Part shown: positions 1 through 8,043 of the stretch, piece by piece
How positions within the stretch are numbered: the first letter of the stretch is position 1
Layout of the letters: each line of letters begins with the position of its first letter
Sequence record: JX100813.1
From: Caulobacter phage phiCbK
DNA: 32,000 bases
Direction: 5' to 3' (one strand)
Notes under the pieces: model-generated
The model's input: the letters and a program-made list of their open reading frames with translations, nothing else
Told to the model about the DNA's origin: nothing
Database searches by the model: none
Made by a program: the position numbers and the translations under genes

Positions 1-56
1 TCCATGCGCCGGCGGATGGCGGCGTGGCGCGTCTTGGCCGCCCGAACGCGCCGCAT
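1..56 (-). CDS. 5' end of a gene running off the window (partial), hypothetical
   Basis: ATG (revcomp of cat 54-56) overlaps the stop of the 56..565 gene as TGATG; frame open to the window edge (MRRVRAAKTRHAAIRRRM...). Confidence 0.4.
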   Translation of the reverse strand, partial: MRRVRAAKTRHAAIRRRM

Positions 57-565
57 CAGGCCGCCGGGGCGATCCAGTCCTCGCGGTCGTCGGCGTAGAG
101 CACCGCCGCCAGCTTCCCCGTGCCGATGTCGCACTTGGCCGCCGCCTCGACCGCCTGGGGCGCGGTGGCCCCCATGTGGAGCGCGCCCAAGGCCGACCAC
201 GTGCCCGAGCCGAAGGCGTAGAACGGCGCGCGCATGGTGTAGGCCGGCGCGCCGCTCTCGAACCGCAGGCAGAGACCGTCGGGCAGGATGATGTAGCCGT
301 TGGTCTCCTTGTCCGGCTTCTCGGGGCGCCCCATGTCGCAGTAGGCGTCGCGCCCGCCGCTGGCCAGCCACTCGTCGAAGGCCGGCGAGCGCACCCAGTC
401 GTTGAAGATTTGGACGTAGGCCGATTCGCCCGCCGCGCCGAACAGCAGCGTGCCGCCGGGACCCTTGCGCTTGCCGATCTTCTGGACATTCCCGCAGGGC
501 GTCCAGAGGTCGAGAACCCGAGCATCAGCGGCCAGCACGCCGTCGCGATAGACGATACACGTCAT
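56..565 (-). CDS. HslV/20S-proteasome-like Ntn hydrolase family protein
   Basis: N-terminal MTCIVYRDGVLAADAR, 'YAFGSGTWSALGALHMGATAPQAVEAAAKCDIGTG' matches the proteasome beta/HslV-like fold signature seen in phage proteins; Thr2 is a candidate nucleophile. Confidence 0.75.
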   Translation of the reverse strand: MTCIVYRDGVLAADARVLDLWTPCGNVQKIGKRKGPGGTLLFGAAGESAYVQIFNDWVRSPAFDEWLASGGRDAYCDMGRPEKPDKETNGYIILPDGLCLRFESGAPAYTMRAPFYAFGSGTWSALGALHMGATAPQAVEAAAKCDIGTGKLAAVLYADDREDWIAPAA

Positions 566-595
566 ACGTCCAAACTCCTCAAAAGCAACTTCAGA

Positions 596-1288
596 TCAGC
601 GCGGGGCTTGCGGCAGGCGCTTGGCCGCCGGGTTCCGGGCCGAGCCCGTGGTCGGACCCGCCAGACGCCCGACCTTCTCGGCCTTGAAGCCCTCGGGGCG
701 CAGGGGCGTGCGCGACTTGCCCGACGCAGCGGACCGCTCCTTGACGAGGTCATCGCCGCCCTGGGTCTGGGGCGTGGCGCCCTTGATCACGCCGCCCTTG
801 CGGTTGACGTTCGGGGCGTTGACCGACTGGACCTGCCCGTTGGCGCCAGCCGCGATCTGACGCGTCGTCAGATCGACCAGGGCGTCGGCGAAGGCCGACA
901 GCAGGGCCAGGGCGGAGTCCTCGACCGGCTTGGCCGAGACGCCGGTGAAGCCGGTGTCCTCGTGCTTGGCCTTGCCGCTGATCCGCACCGAGATCAGCCG
1001 GGTCTTCTTGTTGCGGAACAGGCCCGAGACCTCCTCGCGGGTCGAGACGTCGACGCGGGCGCCGGGCGCGACCGTTTCCAGAAGGGCCAGGGTGGCGTAG
1101 TAGCTGTTGACGAAATTGAGGGCCGCGCCCTTGGGATGGCCGACGGCGGCGGCGATCTTGGCGAAGCCGTTGTCGATCACGGTGCAGGCGAGGCTGGTCG
1201 GATAGGACTCGGTCAGCAGGTTGTTGACCTGGGTCTTCAGGGTCTTCAGTTGGTTGATGTCCAGGGTGAGGGCGCGCTTGGCGACCAT
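596..1288 (-). CDS. hypothetical protein (230 aa)
   Basis: long minus-strand ORF in the operon array, natural composition. Confidence 0.7.
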   Translation of the reverse strand: MVAKRALTLDINQLKTLKTQVNNLLTESYPTSLACTVIDNGFAKIAAAVGHPKGAALNFVNSYYATLALLETVAPGARVDVSTREEVSGLFRNKKTRLISVRISGKAKHEDTGFTGVSAKPVEDSALALLSAFADALVDLTTRQIAAGANGQVQSVNAPNVNRKGGVIKGATPQTQGGDDLVKERSAASGKSRTPLRPEGFKAEKVGRLAGPTTGSARNPAAKRLPQAPR

Positions 1289-1298
1289 GGTCTTTCTC

Positions 1299-1835
1299 CT
1301 AGTCCTGCTCGTCGATCAGGCGAGCGCGTTGAGTGTTGCCGTGGCGATAATCGTTCCAGTGGTCCATCTTGACGAACTTCCCGCCCACCGTGCGTTGGAC
1401 GAAAATCCCGTCCGGGGAGACCAGCCCGTATTTCTCGTCCGCCTCGTTGATCATGCGGAAGAACTCCGCCTGCCAGGGGATCGGCATCTCCTGGAGCGAC
1501 ACGCGCGGCAGGCAGAGCCAGGAGGCGTAGGAGAGCCCGAAGAAGTAGCTCGACGGGGTGTCGTGCAGTGGCACGTCGCCGGCGTAGTGCGTCACGTGCC
1601 CGGTCTCGGGATTGCGCGCCGAATGGCTCCAGGCGGCCCAGAGATCGCGGCGGCTGGCCTCGGCGTCGGCCTGACCCCGGATGATCGCCTGGACGTCTGG
1701 CGTATAGCCCGAGAAGGCGGTGGTGTCGTTCTCGTCCAGGCAGTCGGCCAGGGCCGCGCGCAAGGCCGATCGCAGCTTGTCCTCGGTCAAGGTCGCGTCG
1801 GCGGCGATCTGGGCGATACGGTCGCGGAAGGTCAT
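1299..1835 (-). CDS. hypothetical protein; start trimmed to MTFRDRIAQ
   Basis: ORF track extends to 2117, but the upstream part is Arg/Gly-rich shadow sequence; ATG at 1833-1835 overlaps the stop of the next upstream gene. Confidence 0.7.
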   Translation of the reverse strand: MTFRDRIAQIAADATLTEDKLRSALRAALADCLDENDTTAFSGYTPDVQAIIRGQADAEASRRDLWAAWSHSARNPETGHVTHYAGDVPLHDTPSSYFFGLSYASWLCLPRVSLQEMPIPWQAEFFRMINEADEKYGLVSPDGIFVQRTVGGKFVKMDHWNDYRHGNTQRARLIDEQD

Positions 1836-2260
1836 TGGCAGACGTCCTTGGCGTCGCGCGCGGTCACGGGCGACATGTAGGTGTCGGGGTCCCAGGCGCC
1901 GGGCGTGCTGCCGCCATAGACATAGTCGCCCGGCGCGGGCGGCGTCATCGACCCGCCGTTGCTGGCGACCTTGCCCGGATTGGCGTAGGCCGAGAGCCAC
2001 AGGCGCCCGTCGCTGCCGCGCAGGACGAATTGGCCGTTCTGGCGGCAGACGCGAGCGATGGTCATGCGCCATGCGTAGTTGAGCTTGGCCTTCTTGGCGG
2101 CCTCGTCCCGCAACCACTGTTCATGTCCCAGGCGCGCCCAGCGCGCCTTCTTGGCCACGAGGTCCTTATGCTCCTGCGACCAGAGGGGGTGGTTGTACTC
2201 GTCGCACGCCGAGAGGCTGATCCCGGCGACGACGAGCAGGAGGAGAGCGCCGCGCCGCAT
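1832..2260 (-). CDS. small lipoprotein (142 aa)
   Basis: MRRGALLLLVVAGISLSAC lipobox signal; ATG 2258-2260 overlaps the NadV stop (TGATG). Confidence 0.75.
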   Translation of the reverse strand: MRRGALLLLVVAGISLSACDEYNHPLWSQEHKDLVAKKARWARLGHEQWLRDEAAKKAKLNYAWRMTIARVCRQNGQFVLRGSDGRLWLSAYANPGKVASNGGSMTPPAPGDYVYGGSTPGAWDPDTYMSPVTARDAKDVCQ

Positions 2261-3690
2261 CAGGCGATCTCGTAGCCGGCCGCGACCCGCTCGCGGATTT
2301 GGTCCAGGGTCGCCGGCTCCAGCACCTTGCCGGTGTTGAAGACCTCGTCCAGCAGGTCGTGCTCGACGACGTCGCCCTCGTGGACCGTGATGGTCTCGAA
2401 GCGGCCGTCCTCGGTCGTCACCAGGGCCAGCTTGCCCTTCTTGGAGACCTTGCCCGGATCGGTGATCGGGTCCTTGTAGATTTCGACCCACTCGCCGTTG
2501 ATCTCCTGGGCCGAGGACTTCATCGCCCACTTGTTGGTGTCGCGGTCCAGGTCGCCCGTCGCCAGACCGCCGCCGGCGGCCGTGATGATGCTGTCGGGCG
2601 CGACGCCGATGTTGCGGGCCAGGATGAACGGGTCCATGTGGGTGTTCTCGTTCATGCCGTCGCCCTGGAGGGCCTTGGCGCCCAGGTTCAGCACGTCCAG
2701 GCCGTGGCTGTTCTTCTGGGTCCCGAAACCGGCGGCCAGGGTCTGGACGACCGGCGGGATGACCTTGAAGAGGTCGCCCGAATCCGGGCGGCAGACCGGG
2801 GTCAGGTTCTTGTTGGCGATCAGTTCCTTGCGCTCGGTCAGCTTGCCGGCGAAGCGGAAGATGTCCCAGGTGTCGCCGACCAGCGAGAAGATCGAGCCGG
2901 GAGGCACCTTGTTCAGGCAGTGGTCGATATAGTCGTCGTCGTTGTCGCGCCCGAACGCGCACGAGATCGAGTGCTCCGAGGCCAGGACCGAATAGCCCGA
3001 CATCTCGCTGAAGTAGTTGATATTCGCCGCCCGCACGCCGGGGACGTTGTCCGAGCCCTGGAAGTGGAAGAGGTGGGCGATGCCGGCCAGGACCGAGTGG
3101 TCATAGCCCATGGTCCCGCGCGAGGAGAAGTCGAGGAAGGCGAACGGCGACATCGGGGTGTCGCTGTTGGCTTCCCAGAAGCTCTTGATCCGCGTGGCGA
3201 TGCCGTTGACGCGCGCGGCGATCGTCGAGGCCGTCCAGACGTCGCGCAGGATCATGGTCTCGAAGTAGGAGGTCAGCCAGGGCAGGCGCGGGTCGAGGTT
3301 CTCGACCGAGATCAGCGCGTTGCGGATCGGGATCATCACGCCCTCGGGCACGGCCTTGATCCGCAGCGGGAGATAGCCGCCGTACTCGTTCAGGATGATC
3401 TCCCAGCCGTCGCGGTTGAACGGCAGGCCGTGGGCCGGCACGAACGCGGCCATCTCCTCGACGTCGGCGCGGGTGACCGGCTTGCCGAGCTTCTGGAAGA
3501 GCAGGCGCTGGAACGCCGCCAGCATCACCTTGGGATAGCGCCCGCCCCGGCTCTCGATGTAGCTGTAGACGGTGGTGCAGCCGTCGCGATAGAGCAGCCA
3601 GTGCCCCAGCTTGTAGCTGTCGGTGTCGGCGATCAGGTTATAGGTCTCGACGGGCGGCGTGCCGTCCCAGTTGGCGAGGTCAAAGGCCAT
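2260..3690 (-). CDS. nadV: nicotinamide phosphoribosyltransferase (NAMPT)
   Basis: NAMPT-like motifs: DSYKLGH, YSYIESRGG, FLDFSSRGTMG, GSDNVPG..., SGYSVLASEHS, CRPDSGD, GDGM, AAGGGLATGDLDRDTNKWAMKSSA. Confidence 0.95.
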   Translation of the reverse strand: MAFDLANWDGTPPVETYNLIADTDSYKLGHWLLYRDGCTTVYSYIESRGGRYPKVMLAAFQRLLFQKLGKPVTRADVEEMAAFVPAHGLPFNRDGWEIILNEYGGYLPLRIKAVPEGVMIPIRNALISVENLDPRLPWLTSYFETMILRDVWTASTIAARVNGIATRIKSFWEANSDTPMSPFAFLDFSSRGTMGYDHSVLAGIAHLFHFQGSDNVPGVRAANINYFSEMSGYSVLASEHSISCAFGRDNDDDYIDHCLNKVPPGSIFSLVGDTWDIFRFAGKLTERKELIANKNLTPVCRPDSGDLFKVIPPVVQTLAAGFGTQKNSHGLDVLNLGAKALQGDGMNENTHMDPFILARNIGVAPDSIITAAGGGLATGDLDRDTNKWAMKSSAQEINGEWVEIYKDPITDPGKVSKKGKLALVTTEDGRFETITVHEGDVVEHDLLDEVFNTGKVLEPATLDQIRERVAAGYEIA

Positions 3691-3704
3691 GATGAGGTCC
3701 CCCT

Positions 3705-4946
3705 TTAAGCGTTGAGGCTGAGCATGCGGTCCACGATGAAGGCGTGGTCCTCGAAGGTGTCGCCGGGGTCGATCTCCGAGATCGGGTCCCAGTCGGCGGC
3801 GGCGGCGTCGTCATGGCCCTGCACGTGCGGCAGACCCAGGCCCAGAGGCGGGGGCGGCAGGACGAAGTGGTAGGCCGTGGAGATGATGTGGGCGCGCCGC
3901 GAGCGGTGCGGGTCGTCGAACACCTGCGGATCGCCAATCTGATAGCGGCGCAGCAGGTGCATCGCCTTCAGCACGCAGTCGGGCGCCGGCGGAGCGGCGG
4001 ACTTGGTTTTCTCGGCCGCCTTGCACGCCTCCAGCCACGCGCGGTATTCCGGCAGGCGGGCGGGCGGGATGAACAGCGCCGCCTCCTCGATCACCTCGCG
4101 CAGGCAGTTGTCCAGCAGCGAGCGACCGGCGTTGACGAAGCCGCCCGGCAGGGCCTTCATCCCGAAGCCCTCGGGGCCGCCGCGCCGGATGCGCAGGATG
4201 TGGCCGGCGCACTCGACGACCGCGTCCACCGCCAGGAAGGGACCAGCGCCCCAGCGCTCGCGATAGGCGTCCTCGGCCTTCTTCTGCGACATCAGATAGG
4301 CGTATTCCGGGCGGTCCCGGAACCGCTCCAGGAAGTCGATCGTGCTCGGGTAGAGGAGATCGGTCCAGGCGTAGCCGTTGTCGCTCCACGAGGTGTCACG
4401 GAAGTTGACGGCGCCGGCGAAATAGGCCTTGCGCAGGGCGGTGGCGTTGACCCCGTTGTCCTCGACCGGGGTGTAGGGCCATTGCGGGAACCACGTCAGA
4501 TACTCGCTGGTGGCGTCGCGGATGTTGCCGATCAGGGTGACGCGCGGACGCAGGACCTTGGAGGCGTTCTTGACGTGCTGCTGGACCTGGGCGATCCACT
4601 CGTTCTTCCCGTAGGGGCCGGTGTCATTGAGCGCGATCACCTCGGTGCGGCTCAGGAGATCAAGCACGAGGGCGGCGTGATCGTCCACGCGGCTCTCGAC
4701 GGTCTCGGCCTCGCGGCCGGCGTCGGCCTCTTCCTGGGCCAGATCGCTGAGCCCGTTCAGGATCATCTCCTGGCGCTCGCGGAAGGTGAAGGGGTTGCGG
4801 GTGTCGCGGGCGAGATTGGCCGAACCGACGAACCACAGGACCTTGCGAGCCTTGCGGCGCGCGGCCTGGAAGAGGCGGAAGTGACCCATCTTGGTCACCA
4901 ACTGCCCCCGCGTGATCAGCACCGCGATGTCGTATTCGAAGTCCAC
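3705..4946 (-). CDS. nadM: bifunctional NMN adenylyltransferase / Nudix domain protein (NadM/NatV type)
   Basis: N-terminal nucleotidyltransferase region (RGQLVTKMGH, GSANLARDTRNPFTFRERQEMI, GVNATALRKA) plus C-terminal Nudix-like box GGFVNAGRSLLDNCLREVIEEAAL; adjacent to nadV. Confidence 0.88.
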   Translation of the reverse strand: MDFEYDIAVLITRGQLVTKMGHFRLFQAARRKARKVLWFVGSANLARDTRNPFTFRERQEMILNGLSDLAQEEADAGREAETVESRVDDHAALVLDLLSRTEVIALNDTGPYGKNEWIAQVQQHVKNASKVLRPRVTLIGNIRDATSEYLTWFPQWPYTPVEDNGVNATALRKAYFAGAVNFRDTSWSDNGYAWTDLLYPSTIDFLERFRDRPEYAYLMSQKKAEDAYRERWGAGPFLAVDAVVECAGHILRIRRGGPEGFGMKALPGGFVNAGRSLLDNCLREVIEEAALFIPPARLPEYRAWLEACKAAEKTKSAAPPAPDCVLKAMHLLRRYQIGDPQVFDDPHRSRRAHIISTAYHFVLPPPPLGLGLPHVQGHDDAAAADWDPISEIDPGDTFEDHAFIVDRMLSLNA

Positions 4947-5374
4947 TATCGCTTACCCCTCATTCTGAAGCCGGGTCGGATGCGCCGGATCGGCTTGTTC
5001 TCGTCCAAGGAGCGACCTCCATAGCCGCTCAACTCGCTAAAACCGTTCATACGCACCGCGAACTGACGCGTCTTGACGGTCAACTGGTCGCGCACGAAAT
5101 CGCGCTCGACCAGGGTCAGGTCGATGACGTCGCCGAACACCTCCCCGTGGAAGATGCGCCGCCGCGCCCAGGCGATCGCCGCCCCGAGGTGCGGAAATTC
5201 CCGGTGCCGCTCGGCGTCCCGGATCGAGACGCCGTCGGCATAGCTGGCGTCAACCCAGTCCAGCTTGACCTCGCGGCGTGGCGCGGTCACCTTCTTGAAC
5301 TCGATCGGCGGCGACGGTTGGCCTAGACCCCCCGTCTCGATGTCAAAAACCGCGTAGGTGATTGTCTCCGTCAT
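4946..5374 (-). CDS. hypothetical protein; likely start MTETITY
   Basis: ORF track starts at 5386 (GTG), but that codon overlaps a predicted -10 box; the ATG at 5372-5374 is favoured. Confidence 0.6.
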   Translation of the reverse strand: MTETITYAVFDIETGGLGQPSPPIEFKKVTAPRREVKLDWVDASYADGVSIRDAERHREFPHLGAAIAWARRRIFHGEVFGDVIDLTLVERDFVRDQLTVKTRQFAVRMNGFSELSGYGGRSLDENKPIRRIRPGFRMRGKR

Positions 5375-5382
5375 GCCTCGCG

Positions 5383-5412
5383 ACACTACGCTTTGGGTTC
5401 TTGTATTGTCAA
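5383..5412 (-). promoter_or_regulatory. predicted promoter P1 (no conserved leader)
   Basis: GTGTTGACA-N18-TAGTGTCGCG. Confidence 0.65.
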
Positions 5413-5416
5413 CACA

Positions 5417-5890
5417 TCACTTCAGGAGCTTGAGGACGGGGGCGTGATATTTGAACCCCGCCTCGCTGATCGGCCCCACGCCCACGAAGGTGATGGTCGG
5501 CTTGTCGAACACCGTGCGGCCCGCGTCGAGGACGAGGGTCGCGCCGGCATGGTCGCGGAACCGCTCATAGAGGGCTTCCAACTCGGCGCTGGTCCCGGTG
5601 TGGAGCGCGATCTTCACGGCCGACTGCGAGTAGCGGTACTGCCGCGCGATCCTGGGGAACCGCTCCATGGCGTCCCACCACGCATGCAGGTAGGCGTGGC
5701 CGGCCTGAGCCGCGAGCTTGCCCAGGTTGAGGGATTTTTCGTCCGGCTTGCGGCGGTTCTTTGCCACGGTCATCGCGTCGAGCGCGTCCTGGCTCACGAT
5801 GGCGTAGAGGCGCAGTTCGGCCTCGGGCTTGCCAGCGAAGACCGCCATCAGTGAGTCCCAGGCGTTGCGCCATGCGTCGATCAGGTTCAT
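5417..5890 (-). CDS. peptidyl-tRNA hydrolase, PTH2 (archaeal/eukaryotic) family
   Basis: GKLAAQAGHAYLHAWWDAM ... VKIALHTGTSAELEALYERFRDHAGATLVLDAGRTVFDKPTITFVGVGPI; hallmark K..AQ..HA and DAGRT...T.T...GP pattern of PTH2. Confidence 0.85.
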   Translation of the reverse strand: MNLIDAWRNAWDSLMAVFAGKPEAELRLYAIVSQDALDAMTVAKNRRKPDEKSLNLGKLAAQAGHAYLHAWWDAMERFPRIARQYRYSQSAVKIALHTGTSAELEALYERFRDHAGATLVLDAGRTVFDKPTITFVGVGPISEAGFKYHAPVLKLLK

Positions 5891-6330
5891 GAAAAGCGGC
5901 TTTCGTAGGAGGCCTCCAGGGCGATTGCCGCGTCAAAGGCGACGTCGATGAGGTCCTCGTGTATGAGAACATCGAAGGAGCGATCGACCCGTAGGGCGAA
6001 CTGGGCTTCCATCGAACGGTTGAAGGCCAGGAGGTCCTTGTGGAGCCCCGCCATGCGGTCCAGGAGTTTGATCGCGTAGACGTCCGGCCCGAAGGTCCCT
6101 CGCGTCTGATGCAGACGCTTCTTGACGTCGTTGATCGTCTCCCAGGACTTGACCTTCAAGTCCTCCATGAGGTCGGCCTGCTGCTCGACCCGGATCAGGT
6201 GGCGCAGCAGGCGCCGGAGCCGGGCCTGGATTTGATCAGGCGGGGCCGACGGCGGAGGAGCGCGACACTCCTCCGCCTCGGTGGCGATCATCTGCCGCGC
6301 CCGGTTGACGCAGTCGAGGATCGAAGCCAT
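5887..6330 (-). CDS. hypothetical protein (147 aa)
   Basis: minus-strand ORF overlapping neighbours by 4 nt or less. Confidence 0.65.
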   Translation of the reverse strand: MASILDCVNRARQMIATEAEECRAPPPSAPPDQIQARLRRLLRHLIRVEQQADLMEDLKVKSWETINDVKKRLHQTRGTFGPDVYAIKLLDRMAGLHKDLLAFNRSMEAQFALRVDRSFDVLIHEDLIDVAFDAAIALEASYESRFS

Positions 6331-6755
6331 CAGCCCTCGGCGGCCGGCGCTTCCGGCTCAGCGGTGGTCTTGCCCTTGCCTTTGCTCGCCGGCGCGGCCT
6401 GGACTTCTTCCGCCACCGGCTCGGCGATGGGCGCGGGAGCTTCCATCACCGGTTCGGCGTCCGAAGCCGCCTCGACCGGCGTGTAGTCGGCCTCGAACGC
6501 GGCCGGCTTCAGGATGGCGATCTCGTAGGCGTCCTCGCCGCGCGGGATGCGGACGATATAGTCGTCCTGGGTCGCCGAGGCGATCTGGCCGTTGATCGGG
6601 ACCAGGAGCTTGCCGACGGCGTCCTTGCCGACGTGCATGGTCCCCATGGCGGTGTAGCCCGAGTGCTGGGTCAGCCACGCCGGCAGGTCTTCCAGGCGCT
6701 GGAAGCTGTACTGGACGGCGTCCACGGTCACCGGTTGGCGGATATACTGGGTCAT
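6330..6755 (-). CDS. phage hypothetical protein with N-terminal 'KPVxVDAVQ...FEADYTPV' domain and acidic Ala/Pro tail
   Basis: MTQYIRQPVTVDAVQY...DDYIVRIPRGEDAYEIAILKPAAFEADYTPV resembles a widespread small phage domain. Confidence 0.65.
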   Translation of the reverse strand: MTQYIRQPVTVDAVQYSFQRLEDLPAWLTQHSGYTAMGTMHVGKDAVGKLLVPINGQIASATQDDYIVRIPRGEDAYEIAILKPAAFEADYTPVEAASDAEPVMEAPAPIAEPVAEEVQAAPASKGKGKTTAEPEAPAAEG

Positions 6756-7354
6756 GCGGTCTCCTGCTGGAGGTTAGCCGGCGCCGGGATGGCGTCGGAA
6801 AGGGCTTGCTCGACCAGGACCAGGATGTCCATGACGAGCTTGGGATTGAGGTCGGGCTCGGTGAGCGCGGCGGCCAGGGCGTTGATCCGGAACCACGTCG
6901 GGTCGGCGTGCGGGATCAGATTGAGATTGTGCAGGTGCAGCAGCGTCGAGCCGTGAGAGGCGGAGCGCTCCGAAAGCTCGCGCAGCACGCGGGCGCCAAC
7001 GAGTTGGTCGGCCAGGACCTTGATCACGCTGCCCGAGGGGGCCAGGAGCAGACGCATCCAGTCGCCGTTCGGATCGTCGGCTTGGCGCAGGTCCGGATGG
7101 TCCAGCGTCTTGCCCCAGATCACCTCGTGCGCCTTGGCGGCCAGCGAGCGGCGGCGGCGGGCGAGGTCTTCGGCGTCCTTGGCGGCGCGCAGGCTGGACA
7201 GCGTCGTGGCGATCAACACCGAGGGAAAGAGCGCGACGACGAAGAACGCGGCGCGCTCAAGCGGCGAGGCGTGTGAAGCCACGATATTCATGGCCGTGCC
7301 AATCAGCACCGTCGGATAGATCAAGCCGCCGTGGCGCTGGATGAACGAGATCAT
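6752..7354 (-). CDS. hypothetical protein with N-terminal transmembrane segments
   Basis: LIYPTVLIGTAMNIVAS / AAFFVVALFPSVLIATTLSSL; preceded by promoter and SD leader. Confidence 0.7.
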   Translation of the reverse strand: MISFIQRHGGLIYPTVLIGTAMNIVASHASPLERAAFFVVALFPSVLIATTLSSLRAAKDAEDLARRRRSLAAKAHEVIWGKTLDHPDLRQADDPNGDWMRLLLAPSGSVIKVLADQLVGARVLRELSERSASHGSTLLHLHNLNLIPHADPTWFRINALAAALTEPDLNPKLVMDILVLVEQALSDAIPAPANLQQETA

Positions 7355-7387
7355 GAAAAGGGCCTCCGGCGTTGTCGTCGGAGGCCC

Positions 7388-7416
7388 TTCTAGCGAGTCG
7401 GTGTCAGGCTGTCAAC
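7388..7416 (-). promoter_or_regulatory. predicted promoter P2
   Basis: GTGTTGACA-N17-TAGAAG then CGACGACAACGCCGGAGG. Confidence 0.85.
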
Positions 7417-7431
7417 ACATGTCAGCCAGGA

Positions 7432-8043
7432 TCAAGCGGCGTTCGTCACCAGGGTTTCCAGACGGTCAAAGCCCAGGTCGAGGCGGCCCCACATCGACGA
7501 GGGCGTATGCGGCTTGACCACCTCGGTGAACCGCGCGCGCTCCTTCAGATACATGCGGGCCATGGGGATGTTCGGCTGGCCGGTCGCCGGGTCCTTGATC
7601 GAGGCCTCGACATTGGCGATCCGGTCGGCGAGCTTGAGGATGCAGGCCTTGGGGTGCTCGCCCAGCTTGCGATAGATGTCCTCGTTGCGGGCCTTGCGGT
7701 TGGGGCCAATGCCTGAGACCGCCCAGACCAGCGCCGCGACGTCCTCGCCGAACTTTTCCTTGATCATCTCCAGCCGCTGCTCGGGCGTCATGTCGAGATG
7801 GGTGTCCTCGATCACGTCGTGCAGCTTGGCGGCGGCCGTCCAGGTAAAGCCCAGGAAGCCGTAGTCGTCGAGGATGCGCTCGACCTTCTGGAGATGGTAG
7901 AGATAGGGCTGGCCGGCGTACTGCTGGTCCCCGTGGGCGGCGATGGCGAACTCCGTCGGGTCTTCCTGGCGCAGCGGCGCGCCCGGCGCCGTCGGGAGGC
8001 CGGTCAGGATGGAGGCGAGTTGGTCGAGCGAGGCGTCAGACAT
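7432..8043 (-). CDS. HD-domain hydrolase, RelA/SpoT hydrolase-like (MESH1/SAH-like)
   Basis: HGDQQYAGQPYLYHLQKVERIL ... TWTAAAKLHDVIEDTHLDM ... KACILKLADRIANVEA; no synthetase domain. Confidence 0.85.
   Translation of the reverse strand: MSDASLDQLASILTGLPTAPGAPLRQEDPTEFAIAAHGDQQYAGQPYLYHLQKVERILDDYGFLGFTWTAAAKLHDVIEDTHLDMTPEQRLEMIKEKFGEDVAALVWAVSGIGPNRKARNEDIYRKLGEHPKACILKLADRIANVEASIKDPATGQPNIPMARMYLKERARFTEVVKPHTPSSMWGRLDLGFDRLETLVTNAA

Noticed and set aside
2925-2950. tagtcgtcgtcgttgtcgc resembling the conserved leader GTTGTCGTC complement
   Set aside because: Lies inside nadV encoding DNDDDY; no promoter or SD context, so treated as chance codon repetition.
1832-2962. 376-aa minus-strand ORF as one protein
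   Set aside because: Only the last 142 residues (lipoprotein) look natural; the N-terminal part is an out-of-frame shadow of nadV.
2299-3708. 469-aa plus-strand ORF opposite nadV
   Set aside because: Antisense shadow of a well-supported NAMPT gene in high-GC DNA; low-complexity Asp/Gly/Val/Arg-rich composition and no family motifs.
5320-5360. YAVFDIETGGL resembling an exonuclease/3'-5' proofreading Exo I motif (DIETGG)
   Set aside because: Protein is only about 142 aa and no Exo II/III motifs follow; I kept it as hypothetical.
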